Assembly (NCBI GenBank): GCA_003559235.1
Contig: PWME01000211.1
Location: 1-46,425, forward strand
Length of the DNA stretch: 46,425 bases
Direction of reading: 5' to 3'
Source: Mollicutes bacterium
GTDB taxonomy: Bacteria > Bacillota_I > Bacilli_A > Izemoplasmatales > Izemoplasmataceae
A model generated the notes under the pieces. The model saw nothing but the letters and a program-made list of their open reading frames with translations, ran no database searches and was not told the origin of the DNA. Position 1 is the stretch's first letter; each line of letters opens with the position of its first letter. This document shows, piece by piece, positions 16,766-24,002 of this stretch. Position numbers and translations under genes: made by a program.

Positions 16766-17557
16766 TTACGGTTGTAATGCACCAAAGAATACCAACCAAG
16801 CAAGAATCGATTTCGCCACAAGACTTAACACAATATACGTTCTTTCACCATACAGGTAGTCTTTCCATTTTCCAACCCGTAAATACTGTAAGATCATATT
16901 AACTGGGAATGTATTAAAGGCTACGAAGTACGTACCAACAATTGCCCATACAAACCATGGGACTTGGGATAAATCTGCAAGCCCAACCATGTACGTAATA
17001 ATGACAATCCATGGCGCAAGCCCGGCAATGGTTCCCCACACAAATGGTCCCCAATTGACTTCAGATTTTTCTTTGCCAGCGTTTAATTGTTCCATATCGA
17101 GACCAAACAAGTTCATCGCTGCATTCACAATAAAGATAAGAATCAATGAACCAATGTCGTATACGCCAAAGAGTGTTGCGATTAAGACGATCATAATCGA
17201 AGAACTGAGCGCATACTCAAACCAACGGAACTTATTGATGCCTTGTTTTAAGTCACGGTTATAAATATCGTTGGTCTTTTTCGGCAAACTAATTAAAAAG
17301 TGGGCACCTGCTGAGATAAACAAAAACGATGCGACCAAAATACCAAATGGTAGTTCAAACAAATCACTTCTACCTGGTACGAGCGTTTGTTCAACTGGGT
17401 CAAAATCTTGGAAATACTGTACAATCATCGGGGTAAATTCTGCCGCTTCACGAATCACGACAAACGCGAGTACAACCATTAAGATCCCTTGGATAAAATG
17501 GATCCCGCCCATGATAAGATTAAACTTTCTTAAACCTTTGAGTGTTCCTTCATTCAT
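16766..17557 (-). CDS. heliorhodopsin (retinal-binding 7-TM photoreceptor with inverted topology)
   Basis: 263 aa from ATG 17557 (AGGAGG 7 nt upstream). It aligns end to end with HeR 48C12 as I recall it: NKFRWFEYALSSSIMIVLIA vs NIFRWVEYSLSSSVMIVLIA (counterion Glu), and GERTYIVLSLVAKSILAWLVFFGAL vs GERAYIVLSLVAKSALAWQIFSGTL (Schiff-base Lys). The conserved His residues are present in GGIHFIQ and GAHFLIS. Confidence 0.88.
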   Translation of the reverse strand: MNEGTLKGLRKFNLIMGGIHFIQGILMVVLAFVVIREAAEFTPMIVQYFQDFDPVEQTLVPGRSDLFELPFGILVASFLFISAGAHFLISLPKKTNDIYNRDLKQGINKFRWFEYALSSSIMIVLIATLFGVYDIGSLILIFIVNAAMNLFGLDMEQLNAGKEKSEVNWGPFVWGTIAGLAPWIVIITYMVGLADLSQVPWFVWAIVGTYFVAFNTFPVNMILQYLRVGKWKDYLYGERTYIVLSLVAKSILAWLVFFGALQP

Positions 17558-17615
17558 GCTAAAGCCTCCTAAACGTTTTTTGGAAAATTCCATTATTATT
17601 TGACTGGTTACATTC

Positions 17616-17643
17616 ATTATACGTCTTTAAAGACAAATGTCAT
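17616..17643 (-). promoter_or_regulatory. candidate heliorhodopsin promoter with an embedded palindrome
   Basis: On the minus strand, ATGACA, 16-nt spacer, TATAAT. The spacer contains the perfect 12-bp palindrome GTCTTTAAAGAC (17623-17634). Confidence 0.45.
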
Positions 17644-17665
17644 TATGTGCACTTAAAAAAAAACA

Positions 17666-18493
17666 CTATCCCCTTGACCGGGACGTGTTTTTTGCGATGA
17701 ATCCACGCATTAATGTAAGCAGTTCTTGAGGCTTTTCAAAGATGGCCACATGGGCACATTCGGGTATAATCACAAACTCAGATTTCTCTATTGACCGGTG
17801 AATGGCTTCAGAAAACTTCACCGGCTTTAAAATGTCATCTGCACCACAAACAACGAGCGTTGGTGCTGTGATTTTTTCTAAATCATCAATCATGTCAACA
17901 TCATGCAAAAATGTCTCATAAAGCGTCACTTGACCACGGTAATATTCAAGAGGCAGCTGCTCCATCGCTTCAATGCGCTTTGCCATGTCGGCTTGATGGG
18001 CTTGAATGTAATCAGGATGATAAAGCGTTGCTTTCACGCCTTCAAAAAATCGTTCAGCATCTTCAGTTTTCGCAAGCATAATCCACAGTTCAATAAACCG
18101 TTTCAATTGTTCATCCACACTTGCGGCTGAATCAATCACCGTCAGTGAAGCAACACGCGCTTTATGTGTAATTGCCATCTTCATCGCGACTTCTCCACCA
18201 TAAGAAGTGCCAATCATATGGGCACGCTTAACCCCAACCGCATTCATAATCGCACACGCATCTAAAGCGTGTTTTTCAAATGTATAGGGGCCTTCTGGCT
18301 TATCAGAAAGTAACTGACCACGCATGTCGTAAAGAATAACGCGCACCCCCATGCGTTCAAATAACTGTGCATAGAGCGACCAACTCGTGTATGACGCCAT
18401 GACACCATTATGAAACATAACCGTTTCCAAAGCGTCTTTAGGGCCCTTCACTTCATACGCTAAATGTACACCATCACGATGAATCGTTTTCAT
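17666..18493 (-). CDS. alpha/beta-fold hydrolase
   Basis: 275 aa with HNGVMAS (oxyanion region), the GTSYGG nucleophile elbow, and a C-terminal CAHVAIFE catalytic His region. AGAGGAGA RBS lies inside the end of the upstream gene. Confidence 0.7.
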   Translation of the reverse strand: MKTIHRDGVHLAYEVKGPKDALETVMFHNGVMASYTSWSLYAQLFERMGVRVILYDMRGQLLSDKPEGPYTFEKHALDACAIMNAVGVKRAHMIGTSYGGEVAMKMAITHKARVASLTVIDSAASVDEQLKRFIELWIMLAKTEDAERFFEGVKATLYHPDYIQAHQADMAKRIEAMEQLPLEYYRGQVTLYETFLHDVDMIDDLEKITAPTLVVCGADDILKPVKFSEAIHRSIEKSEFVIIPECAHVAIFEKPQELLTLMRGFIAKNTSRSRG

Positions 18494-19847
18494 GGGATGT
18501 CTCCTCTTTAATCAATAAAGAAACTGATTCAATGTGGCTCGTTTGCGGAAACATATCAAACGGGGTAACCGCTTCGACATGGTACCCTTGCGCTTGTAAA
18601 TAATTTAGGTCTCGCGCAAGTGTACTCACATTACATGAAATATACACAATCCGCGCAATATTCATAGCAGTAACATGTTCTAAAAACGCCTGATCGCATC
18701 CTTTTCTTGGTGGATCGACAAATAACACATCAATGGCTTCATCGCTAATCCTTGGCATAATTTGGCTGGCTTCACCATGGTGAAAGACTACGTTTTCTAT
18801 CGCGTTCATCTTAGCATTTACACGCGCATTTTTAATCGCTTCTTTTTCAATGTCAAACGCAATTACTTTCCCAACATGGGGTGCAAGTGCCAGCGCAAGA
18901 GAGCCAATGCCTGTGTATGCATCCAACACTGTCATCGTATTATTAACGTTTGCATATTTAAGCGCTTGCTTGTATACCAACTGTGTTTGTACAGGGTTAA
19001 TTTGGAAAAACGACTTATGCGACATCGTATAGCGGTGTTGCATCAACGTATCTTCTAACACATCATCACCGTGTAAGACTTTCGCTTTACCGTTTAATAC
19101 CGCTGGATTTTCACCTGTATTCACATGATGCACAATGGTTTTAATCTTTGGATATTTTGTGATTAAACGTTCAACTAAGGCATCTTTATGGGGTAATTTT
19201 GACGATTTTGTTACAAGGACAAGCGTCATCGCTTCGTTTGAACGACTTTGCCGAATTGATACCCCACGAAACACCCCTTTATCCGAACGGCTGCTATAGA
19301 TTGGTATATCAAGGTCTGACATATTTGATTTAATGAAACGTATAATATCAGAAAACACTTTAGGAAATACATGGCAGCGTTTTAAGTTAACAATATCGCG
19401 GCTTTGCGGCTGATGCAATCCCGCCACAATCCTTCCCCCGCGCATACCAAAATGGATGAATGTCTTATTGCGGTAATAATAAGGATTATTCATCCCAACG
19501 GTTGGTTTGACCGTGGTCTCTATATGGCCAAGCTTTTTAAGGGTTGTTCTTGTGCGGTGTTCTTTAAAATTTAACTGCGTTTGATAATCCATATGCATCG
19601 TATTGCAGCCACCACACACTTCATAGTGCTCACAAATTGGAATTTTGCGGTAAGGTGACGCCTCGCGAATGTCTACCAATCTGCCAATGCCAAAATTGGC
19701 ATTCCGCTTGATCAGTTTTATTAACGCGCGTTCCCCTTTTAATGCATCCTTGACGAAAACAGGATAGCCATCAATTCGGCACACCCCGCGCGCATCATGG
19801 GTCAAATCTGTAAACACCACTTCATGATAAGTATTATTGTCAACCAT
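18474..19847 (-). CDS. 23S rRNA (uracil-C5)-methyltransferase, RumA family (paralog 2)
   Basis: 457 aa with a TRAM domain, CEHYEVCGGCNTMHM, DAYTGIGSLALAL, YISCNVSTLARD and FDMFPQTSHIE. Confidence 0.85.
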   Translation of the reverse strand: MVDNNTYHEVVFTDLTHDARGVCRIDGYPVFVKDALKGERALIKLIKRNANFGIGRLVDIREASPYRKIPICEHYEVCGGCNTMHMDYQTQLNFKEHRTRTTLKKLGHIETTVKPTVGMNNPYYYRNKTFIHFGMRGGRIVAGLHQPQSRDIVNLKRCHVFPKVFSDIIRFIKSNMSDLDIPIYSSRSDKGVFRGVSIRQSRSNEAMTLVLVTKSSKLPHKDALVERLITKYPKIKTIVHHVNTGENPAVLNGKAKVLHGDDVLEDTLMQHRYTMSHKSFFQINPVQTQLVYKQALKYANVNNTMTVLDAYTGIGSLALALAPHVGKVIAFDIEKEAIKNARVNAKMNAIENVVFHHGEASQIMPRISDEAIDVLFVDPPRKGCDQAFLEHVTAMNIARIVYISCNVSTLARDLNYLQAQGYHVEAVTPFDMFPQTSHIESVSLLIKEETSHENDSS

Positions 19848-19869
19848 GGTTCACCACGCCCTCAATCAG

Positions 19870-21060
19870 TCATTTAAATTTAAATGTTTTTGCCAAGCCA
19901 CCACAACTGGTTTCACGGTAATTTGCGGGCATATCTTTCCCCGTTTCAAACATCGTTTCAACCGCTGTATCAAAATCAATTTTTCGTGAATCACTTAAAA
20001 AATACGCCAAGCCACACGCATCAATCGCGCGCAATGCAGCGACCGCATTTCTTTCAATACACGGGATTTGTACATACCCTAAGATTGGGTCACACGTTAA
20101 GCCTAAGTGATGCTCAAGCGCAATCTCTGCCGCATACTCGATTTGATCAACCGTTAGTTTAAATAGCGCCGCATGCGCCGCAGCTGCCATCGCACACGCA
20201 CTCCCTACTTCCGCTTGACACCCAGCTTCAGCCCCACTTATCGATGCATTATGTTTAATGATATTACCGATAATACCTGCAGTCGCAATCGCATCAAGAA
20301 TCCGTTTTTCATCCATATTATGCCTTAAATGCATATAGCGAAGCACCGCAGGCATCGTCCCACTCGCACCACATGTAGGCGCTGTGACGACCGTACCACC
20401 ACTCGCATTCATCTCATTGACCGCAAAAGCAAATGCACTAACCATACGATTTTCATAAATTTCAGGCGGTTCATGTTTCATGGTTTTGGTATATAAATGG
20501 TGGGCTTTCCGTTCAACTTTTAACTCCCCAGGTAAAACCCCTTCTTCATGTAACCCTAACTCAATCGATGCAACCATCGTTTTATACACCATACGTAAAA
20601 AATCATCAATGCCCTCACCTTCAAATCGTCTAACATAATCAGCGAGTTTGATCCCTTCGCGTTTACAATACGCTTTAATCTCAGAAAACCGTTGGTGTGG
20701 ATAAATATGCGGTGTTTCTTCGTAAGTTTCACCTTCAAACCGAATCGTTCCGCCCCCAACGCTATAAACGCGTGCACGTGCAATCTCAGATTGATCTTTA
20801 TAGGCAATTAAATCCATTGTATTAGGATGTTCATCAATAAAATCGCTGCTAAATACAACATCGACATTACCCATCGTCTCTTTAATGACTTGATCGGTAA
20901 GATGACCTTTCCCCGTCAAGCTGAGCGAACCATACAAAACCACCTTATAGTGCTCGGCTCGGTGACGAGACATAAATATTTTACAGGCTTTCGCTGGTCC
21001 CATTGTATGTGAGCTTGATGGACCACGGCCGATTTTATAAAGTTCGCGAATCGTTTTCAT
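19870..21060 (-). CDS. sdaA: L-serine ammonia-lyase, iron-sulfur dependent, single-chain form
   Basis: 396 aa. The N-terminal [14 protein letters not shown] and TAPTCGASG cysteine motifs match Fe-S serine dehydratases. Confidence 0.8.
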   Translation of the reverse strand: MKTIRELYKIGRGPSSSHTMGPAKACKIFMSRHRAEHYKVVLYGSLSLTGKGHLTDQVIKETMGNVDVVFSSDFIDEHPNTMDLIAYKDQSEIARARVYSVGGGTIRFEGETYEETPHIYPHQRFSEIKAYCKREGIKLADYVRRFEGEGIDDFLRMVYKTMVASIELGLHEEGVLPGELKVERKAHHLYTKTMKHEPPEIYENRMVSAFAFAVNEMNASGGTVVTAPTCGASGTMPAVLRYMHLRHNMDEKRILDAIATAGIIGNIIKHNASISGAEAGCQAEVGSACAMAAAAHAALFKLTVDQIEYAAEIALEHHLGLTCDPILGYVQIPCIERNAVAALRAIDACGLAYFLSDSRKIDFDTAVETMFETGKDMPANYRETSCGGLAKTFKFK

Positions 21061-21125
21061 AATGCCTCCACATAAAAATACTAGCTAAACACATTATACC
21101 ATATTTTATGCGGTTTTTCGGGGAC

Positions 21126-21164
21126 ATAAAAAAGCATCCATCCGGTTATATTCGGATGGATGCT
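21126..21164 (-). terminator. intrinsic terminator ending the micro-ORF operon
   Basis: On the minus strand, AGCATCCATCCG-AATATAAC-CGGATGGATGCT followed by TTTTTT. Confidence 0.75.
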
Positions 21165-21181
21165 ATAAAAGGGAGAAGTTA

Positions 21182-21541
21182 CTATTCAATGACAACGCGA
21201 ACGGTGTCGCCATCAGAACTCTTAATATTGACGAGTTCACCGATTTCGCCGGAATCAACTAAATCAAGAACGGCTTCAATGTCTACATCAAGACCTTCAA
21301 GGTCAACTTTTTTCCCAAAGTGCTTTGAGCCTTTAAGGAACGTTCTCGCAAAGAGCATCGGCACTTGGACATTGACAACATCGCCATCGTTGCTTTGAAT
21401 AAATATTTTGAGCGATTTACCGTTTTTTACTGCTGGCTTTGGCGCTTGTTTGGCGCGCAACGTGGCAAGGCGTTCTTCAGCCTCTTGTGCGGTAATTTCC
21501 TTATTTTCAAGTTGATTTAAGATTTCAAGTTTTTCTTTCAT
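21182..21541 (-). CDS. small soluble protein with a YvlB/LiaX-type (SHOCT-like) N-terminal helix; function unknown
   Basis: 119 aa from ATG 21541 (AAGGAG 8 nt upstream). MKEKLEILNQLENKEITAQEAEERLATL resembles the N-termini of YvlB and LiaX. The remainder (KIFIQSNDGDVVNVQVP...GELVNIKSSDGDTVRVVIE) looks like a beta-rich domain. There is no terminator between it and the micro-ORFs. Confidence 0.6.
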   Translation of the reverse strand: MKEKLEILNQLENKEITAQEAEERLATLRAKQAPKPAVKNGKSLKIFIQSNDGDVVNVQVPMLFARTFLKGSKHFGKKVDLEGLDVDIEAVLDLVDSGEIGELVNIKSSDGDTVRVVIE

Positions 21542-21610
21542 GATTTTGCGCTCCTTTATATTAGATTCCAATCGCCTTCATGACGTTGGTTATTGCTTTA
21601 ACAAGGGTGA

Positions 21611-21691
21611 TTATTTTTTACCTTTCATCGCATCACGTTTGGCTTTGTTTATTTCGTAATATTCGATAATGCTATATCCACTATGCATCAT
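21611..21691 (-). CDS. micro-ORF A (26 aa): MMHSGYSIIEYYEINKAKRDAMKGKK
   Basis: GGAGGGAATATCTC precedes ATGATG. TAA stop. One of four tandem paralogs. Below the ORF-track cutoff; translated by hand. Confidence 0.55.
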   Translation of the reverse strand: MMHSGYSIIEYYEINKAKRDAMKGKK

Positions 21692-21718
21692 GAGATATTC
21701 CCTCCTTGGTTTTTATGA

Positions 21719-21802
21719 TTAGTATTTTTTTGATTTTTGATCGGTTTGCTTTGCCTTAAAGCGTTCATATTCTTGAATGATTGTATATCCAGTGCCCATC
21801 AT
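21719..21802 (-). CDS. micro-ORF B (27 aa): MMGTGYTIIQEYERFKAKQTDQKSKKY
   Basis: GGAGGAACCAATC precedes ATGATG. Its start overlaps the TGA stop of micro-ORF C (ATGA). Confidence 0.55.
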   Translation of the reverse strand: MMGTGYTIIQEYERFKAKQTDQKSKKY

Positions 21803-21915
21803 GATTGGTTCCTCCTTCGTTTCAAGTTATTGTGATAATGTATCGTTTTTGTGGCTTGCGTTTTTATTTTTGTTGTTTCGTATTGTTGAATCATTGCATA
21901 TCCTGCACACATCAT
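21799..21915 (-). CDS. micro-ORF C (38 aa): MMCAGYAMIQQYETTKIKTQATKTIHYHNNLKRRRNQS
   Basis: GGGAGGTATGAATC precedes ATGATG. The tail reads through the RBS of micro-ORF B. Confidence 0.55.
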   Translation of the reverse strand: MMCAGYAMIQQYETTKIKTQATKTIHYHNNLKRRRNQS

Positions 21916-21943
21916 GATTCATACCTCCCGTTATTGTTAGATT

Positions 21944-22033
21944 TTATTTTGACCGTTGTTTATTTGGAAATTGTCGGTTTTTCGCTTTGTAGATTTCATA
22001 GTATTCCATTACTGCATACCCTGCACACATCAT
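21944..22033 (-). CDS. micro-ORF D (29 aa): MMCAGYAVMEYYEIYKAKNRQFPNKQRSK
   Basis: GGAGGGTATGATC precedes ATGATG. TAA stop. Confidence 0.55.
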   Translation of the reverse strand: MMCAGYAVMEYYEIYKAKNRQFPNKQRSK

Positions 22034-22035
22034 GA

Positions 22036-22188
22036 TCATACCCTCCATCTTTCATTTTTTACGTCGGGTTCAAAATTGAATGCGTCTTGATGTTTTGTTA
22101 AAGCGTCATCGTTTGGTCGATTGATGCATCGCTTGTAGCATCGGTTGACCTGGGTGTTTCTTGATAAAGTGTTTTGAATGTTTTTCAC
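22036..22188 (-). CDS. candidate first ORF of the operon (50 aa): (M)KNIQNTLSRNTQVNRCYKRCINRPNDDALTKHQDAFNFEPDVKNERWRV
   Basis: GTG start 9 nt after GGAGG (complement of 22198-22202). The TGA stop lies 2 nt before the ATG of micro-ORF D. The alternative ATG at 22195 is only 2 nt from the SD and gives an unrelated 29-aa frame. Confidence 0.35.
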   Translation of the reverse strand: MKNIQNTLSRNTQVNRCYKRCINRPNDDALTKHQDAFNFEPDVKNERWRV

Positions 22189-22244
22189 AATGCATCACCT
22201 CCGTATAATTTATTATGTAGTTAATTATTTAAACTAAATTATTG

Positions 22245-22260
22245 TTTTTATTAATTTTTT
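22245..22260. repeat. 16-nt direct repeat TTTTTATTAATTTTTT, copy 1 (in the transcribed leader)
   Basis: An identical 16-mer occurs at 22339-22354. The two copies bracket the promoter, 94 bp apart. Confidence 0.7.
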
Positions 22261-22286
22261 GATTAGTTTTTCTTAACTACGCTTTC

Positions 22287-22315
22287 ATTCTATATGATGT
22301 TTTCTACAATGTCAA
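22287..22315 (-). promoter_or_regulatory. near-consensus sigma-A promoter of the micro-ORF operon
   Basis: On the minus strand, TTGACA (complement of 22310-22315), exactly 17 nt, TAGAAT (complement of 22287-22292). Confidence 0.65.
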
Positions 22316-22338
22316 TAGAAAAGTTAAATTTTTTTATC

Positions 22339-22354
22339 TTTTTATTAATTTTTT
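22339..22354. repeat. 16-nt direct repeat TTTTTATTAATTTTTT, copy 2 (upstream of -35)
   Basis: Identical to 22245-22260. Confidence 0.7.
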
Positions 22355-22435
22355 TAATTTTTTGGTTTAATATATTGATTTATTTAGATTCATAGCATGA
22401 TATTTTTGCTTTGTATTCTTTATATAGCCATAAAA

Positions 22436-22465
22436 AAAGCACCCGCTTAAGCGAGTGCGCACATT
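22436..22465 (-). terminator. intrinsic terminator of the ABC-2 exporter operon
   Basis: On the minus strand, GCACTCGC-TTAA-GCGGGTGC followed by TTTTTTT. Confidence 0.75.
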
Positions 22466-22474
22466 TTCTTATGG

Positions 22475-23278
22475 CTATTTTTCTAATGTATTCACAAAGT
22501 GTCGATACGCGAGTGCTGTTAGTCCAATCATAAAGACTGCCCCAATTATCAAATACAAAATGGGTGGCAAGTTGTGTTCGTGGTCTAAAAGTTCTGCAGC
22601 CGTCATCAATCCTTTAACGGGCCAGAAGACTGGCACAATACCGAGTAAATACTGTTTGGCATCCTGCATGGTTTCAATCACGACAAGTGCTGGAATCAGT
22701 ATGATTATGCCTGAAAACTTCATATAGGCAAAGCCTTCTATTTTATTGTTCGCAAGGCTGGCCATGATTAATGCAAAAACCGGGGTAAAAAGTCCCGCAA
22801 CCAATGCATACACAAGAACCCAGGGAATCGTAAAGTTTTCAAAAAGATCAACCGTTCCAATCCCTGGTATGGTGAAAGTATACCCATCACCGCTTAACCA
22901 TTTTGTGCCCATAATAACCCAAAACGCTGCGTTAACCCCCAAGATATAGGCGTAGACGGTTTTAAACCGAATGTAGCCACTTAAAGACATCGGTGTCACC
23001 CTGATAGTATCAAGCGTATTTTCATCTTTATTATCAAGCAATAAGAACCCAAGTAAGGCAGCACTTACAAATGGGGCGATGCTTGCAAACAATATAATCA
23101 TGACAATACCAGCCACCATCGTGCCTTGTGTGTCACCCCCAAAACGATCCAGCAACATTGGTAAAAGAAAAGACCCAACAATAATGAGCATTAATGGATA
23201 AACAAGCATCACAATGGTCATGCTATCTCTAATGATATTCTTTAATTCATAACGAAATAATTTGAGTGCACGTTTCAT
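22475..23278 (-). CDS. ABC-2-type exporter permease (second of two)
   Basis: 267 aa with 6 TM helices. GAGGGA RBS. It follows the first permease with a 1-nt gap. Confidence 0.7.
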   Translation of the reverse strand: MKRALKLFRYELKNIIRDSMTIVMLVYPLMLIIVGSFLLPMLLDRFGGDTQGTMVAGIVMIILFASIAPFVSAALLGFLLLDNKDENTLDTIRVTPMSLSGYIRFKTVYAYILGVNAAFWVIMGTKWLSGDGYTFTIPGIGTVDLFENFTIPWVLVYALVAGLFTPVFALIMASLANNKIEGFAYMKFSGIIILIPALVVIETMQDAKQYLLGIVPVFWPVKGLMTAAELLDHEHNLPPILYLIIGAVFMIGLTALAYRHFVNTLEK

Positions 23279-23279
23279 A

Positions 23280-24002
23280 TTAATCCCTCACCGATGATAA
23301 CGCATATTTCGGTACAATAATCCATTTAAACATGATAACAATCAAGGCAAACAAATACATCGTTCCGACCACCAGCATCCATGCATCAACCGTTTCACCA
23401 AAACTAAAGTTTATCATGATGAAAGAAACGTGTGTTGGTGAAAAGAGGAAAATCCACTCAGCCGCATCTCCTAAAACTCCAAGCGCATAAAAAATGGTCG
23501 GAAACGCAAATAATAACATGTATAACCCAACCCCGGCAATCAAGCCATTGAAATCACGCGAATAAATAGAGAAGACAAAACCAATCGCCGTATGGACAAG
23601 CGTAATCACAATAACAAAGAAAACCAAAGGCACAAATTTGACCACCACATCAAACAAAATCGCCGCAAAAATTGCGATGAGTAATGCGGATTGTAATGCA
23701 ACATACACCGCTGTCACAAGCTTTGAAGCTAAAATAGCCCCAAACCCTGAAGGCGTAACCATTAAGGTTTTTAACGTGTTTTCCTGTTTTTCATAAAACA
23801 AACTCGCACCAATCCATATCATTGTCATTAAAGCCGTATCCACAAAAACGATTGTTGGAATAAAAGCACCGGCTTGTTCTTTACCAATTAAATAAATCAC
23901 CGCCAACCAAATGAGGGTTACCCCAAAACTAATTTGAATAATGTTATATTTTATAAGTCTGGTAAACTCTCCTTTTAATAATTTCAAAAAATTATCCATC
24001 AT
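23280..24002 (-). CDS. ABC-2-type exporter permease (first of two)
   Basis: 240 aa with 6 TM helices. The YEKQENTLKTLMVTP motif is typical of ABC-2 permeases. ATGA overlap with the ATPase gene. Confidence 0.7.
   Translation of the reverse strand: MMDNFLKLLKGEFTRLIKYNIIQISFGVTLIWLAVIYLIGKEQAGAFIPTIVFVDTALMTMIWIGASLFYEKQENTLKTLMVTPSGFGAILASKLVTAVYVALQSALLIAIFAAILFDVVVKFVPLVFFVIVITLVHTAIGFVFSIYSRDFNGLIAGVGLYMLLFAFPTIFYALGVLGDAAEWIFLFSPTHVSFIMINFSFGETVDAWMLVVGTMYLFALIVIMFKWIIVPKYALSSVRD

Larger units (their letters stand above)
21611..22045 (-). repeat. four tandem units of about 110-118 bp (SD + ATCATGATG + conserved 18 codons + divergent Lys-rich tail)
   Basis: The CATCATGA landmark recurs on the plus strand at about 21686, 21797, 21910 and 22028. 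Confidence 0.8.

Noticed and set aside
15488-16777. 429-aa plus-strand ORF, the longest unexplained ORF in the track
   Set aside because: It is exactly antisense to the cation/H+ antiporter. Its composition is low-complexity (Ser/Thr/Ile/Asn/Pro-rich, as expected for the mirror of a TM-rich gene), it has no SD, and it would overlap two well-supported minus-strand genes. It is a shadow ORF.
21805-22035. 76-aa plus-strand ORF across the micro-ORF array
   Set aside because: It has no SD. Its Cys/Phe/Leu-rich sequence arises from reading Lys/Glu-rich codons backwards, and it spans parts of three repeat units without respecting their periodicity. The minus-strand micro-ORFs each have GGAGG and show synonymous-site variation.
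21611-22045. The periodicity of about 113 bp considered as a CRISPR array or other non-coding repeat
   Set aside because: There is no short identical direct repeat alternating with unique spacers. The conserved part is SD + ATCATGATG + 18 codons and varies mainly at wobble positions. No cas genes are present in the window.
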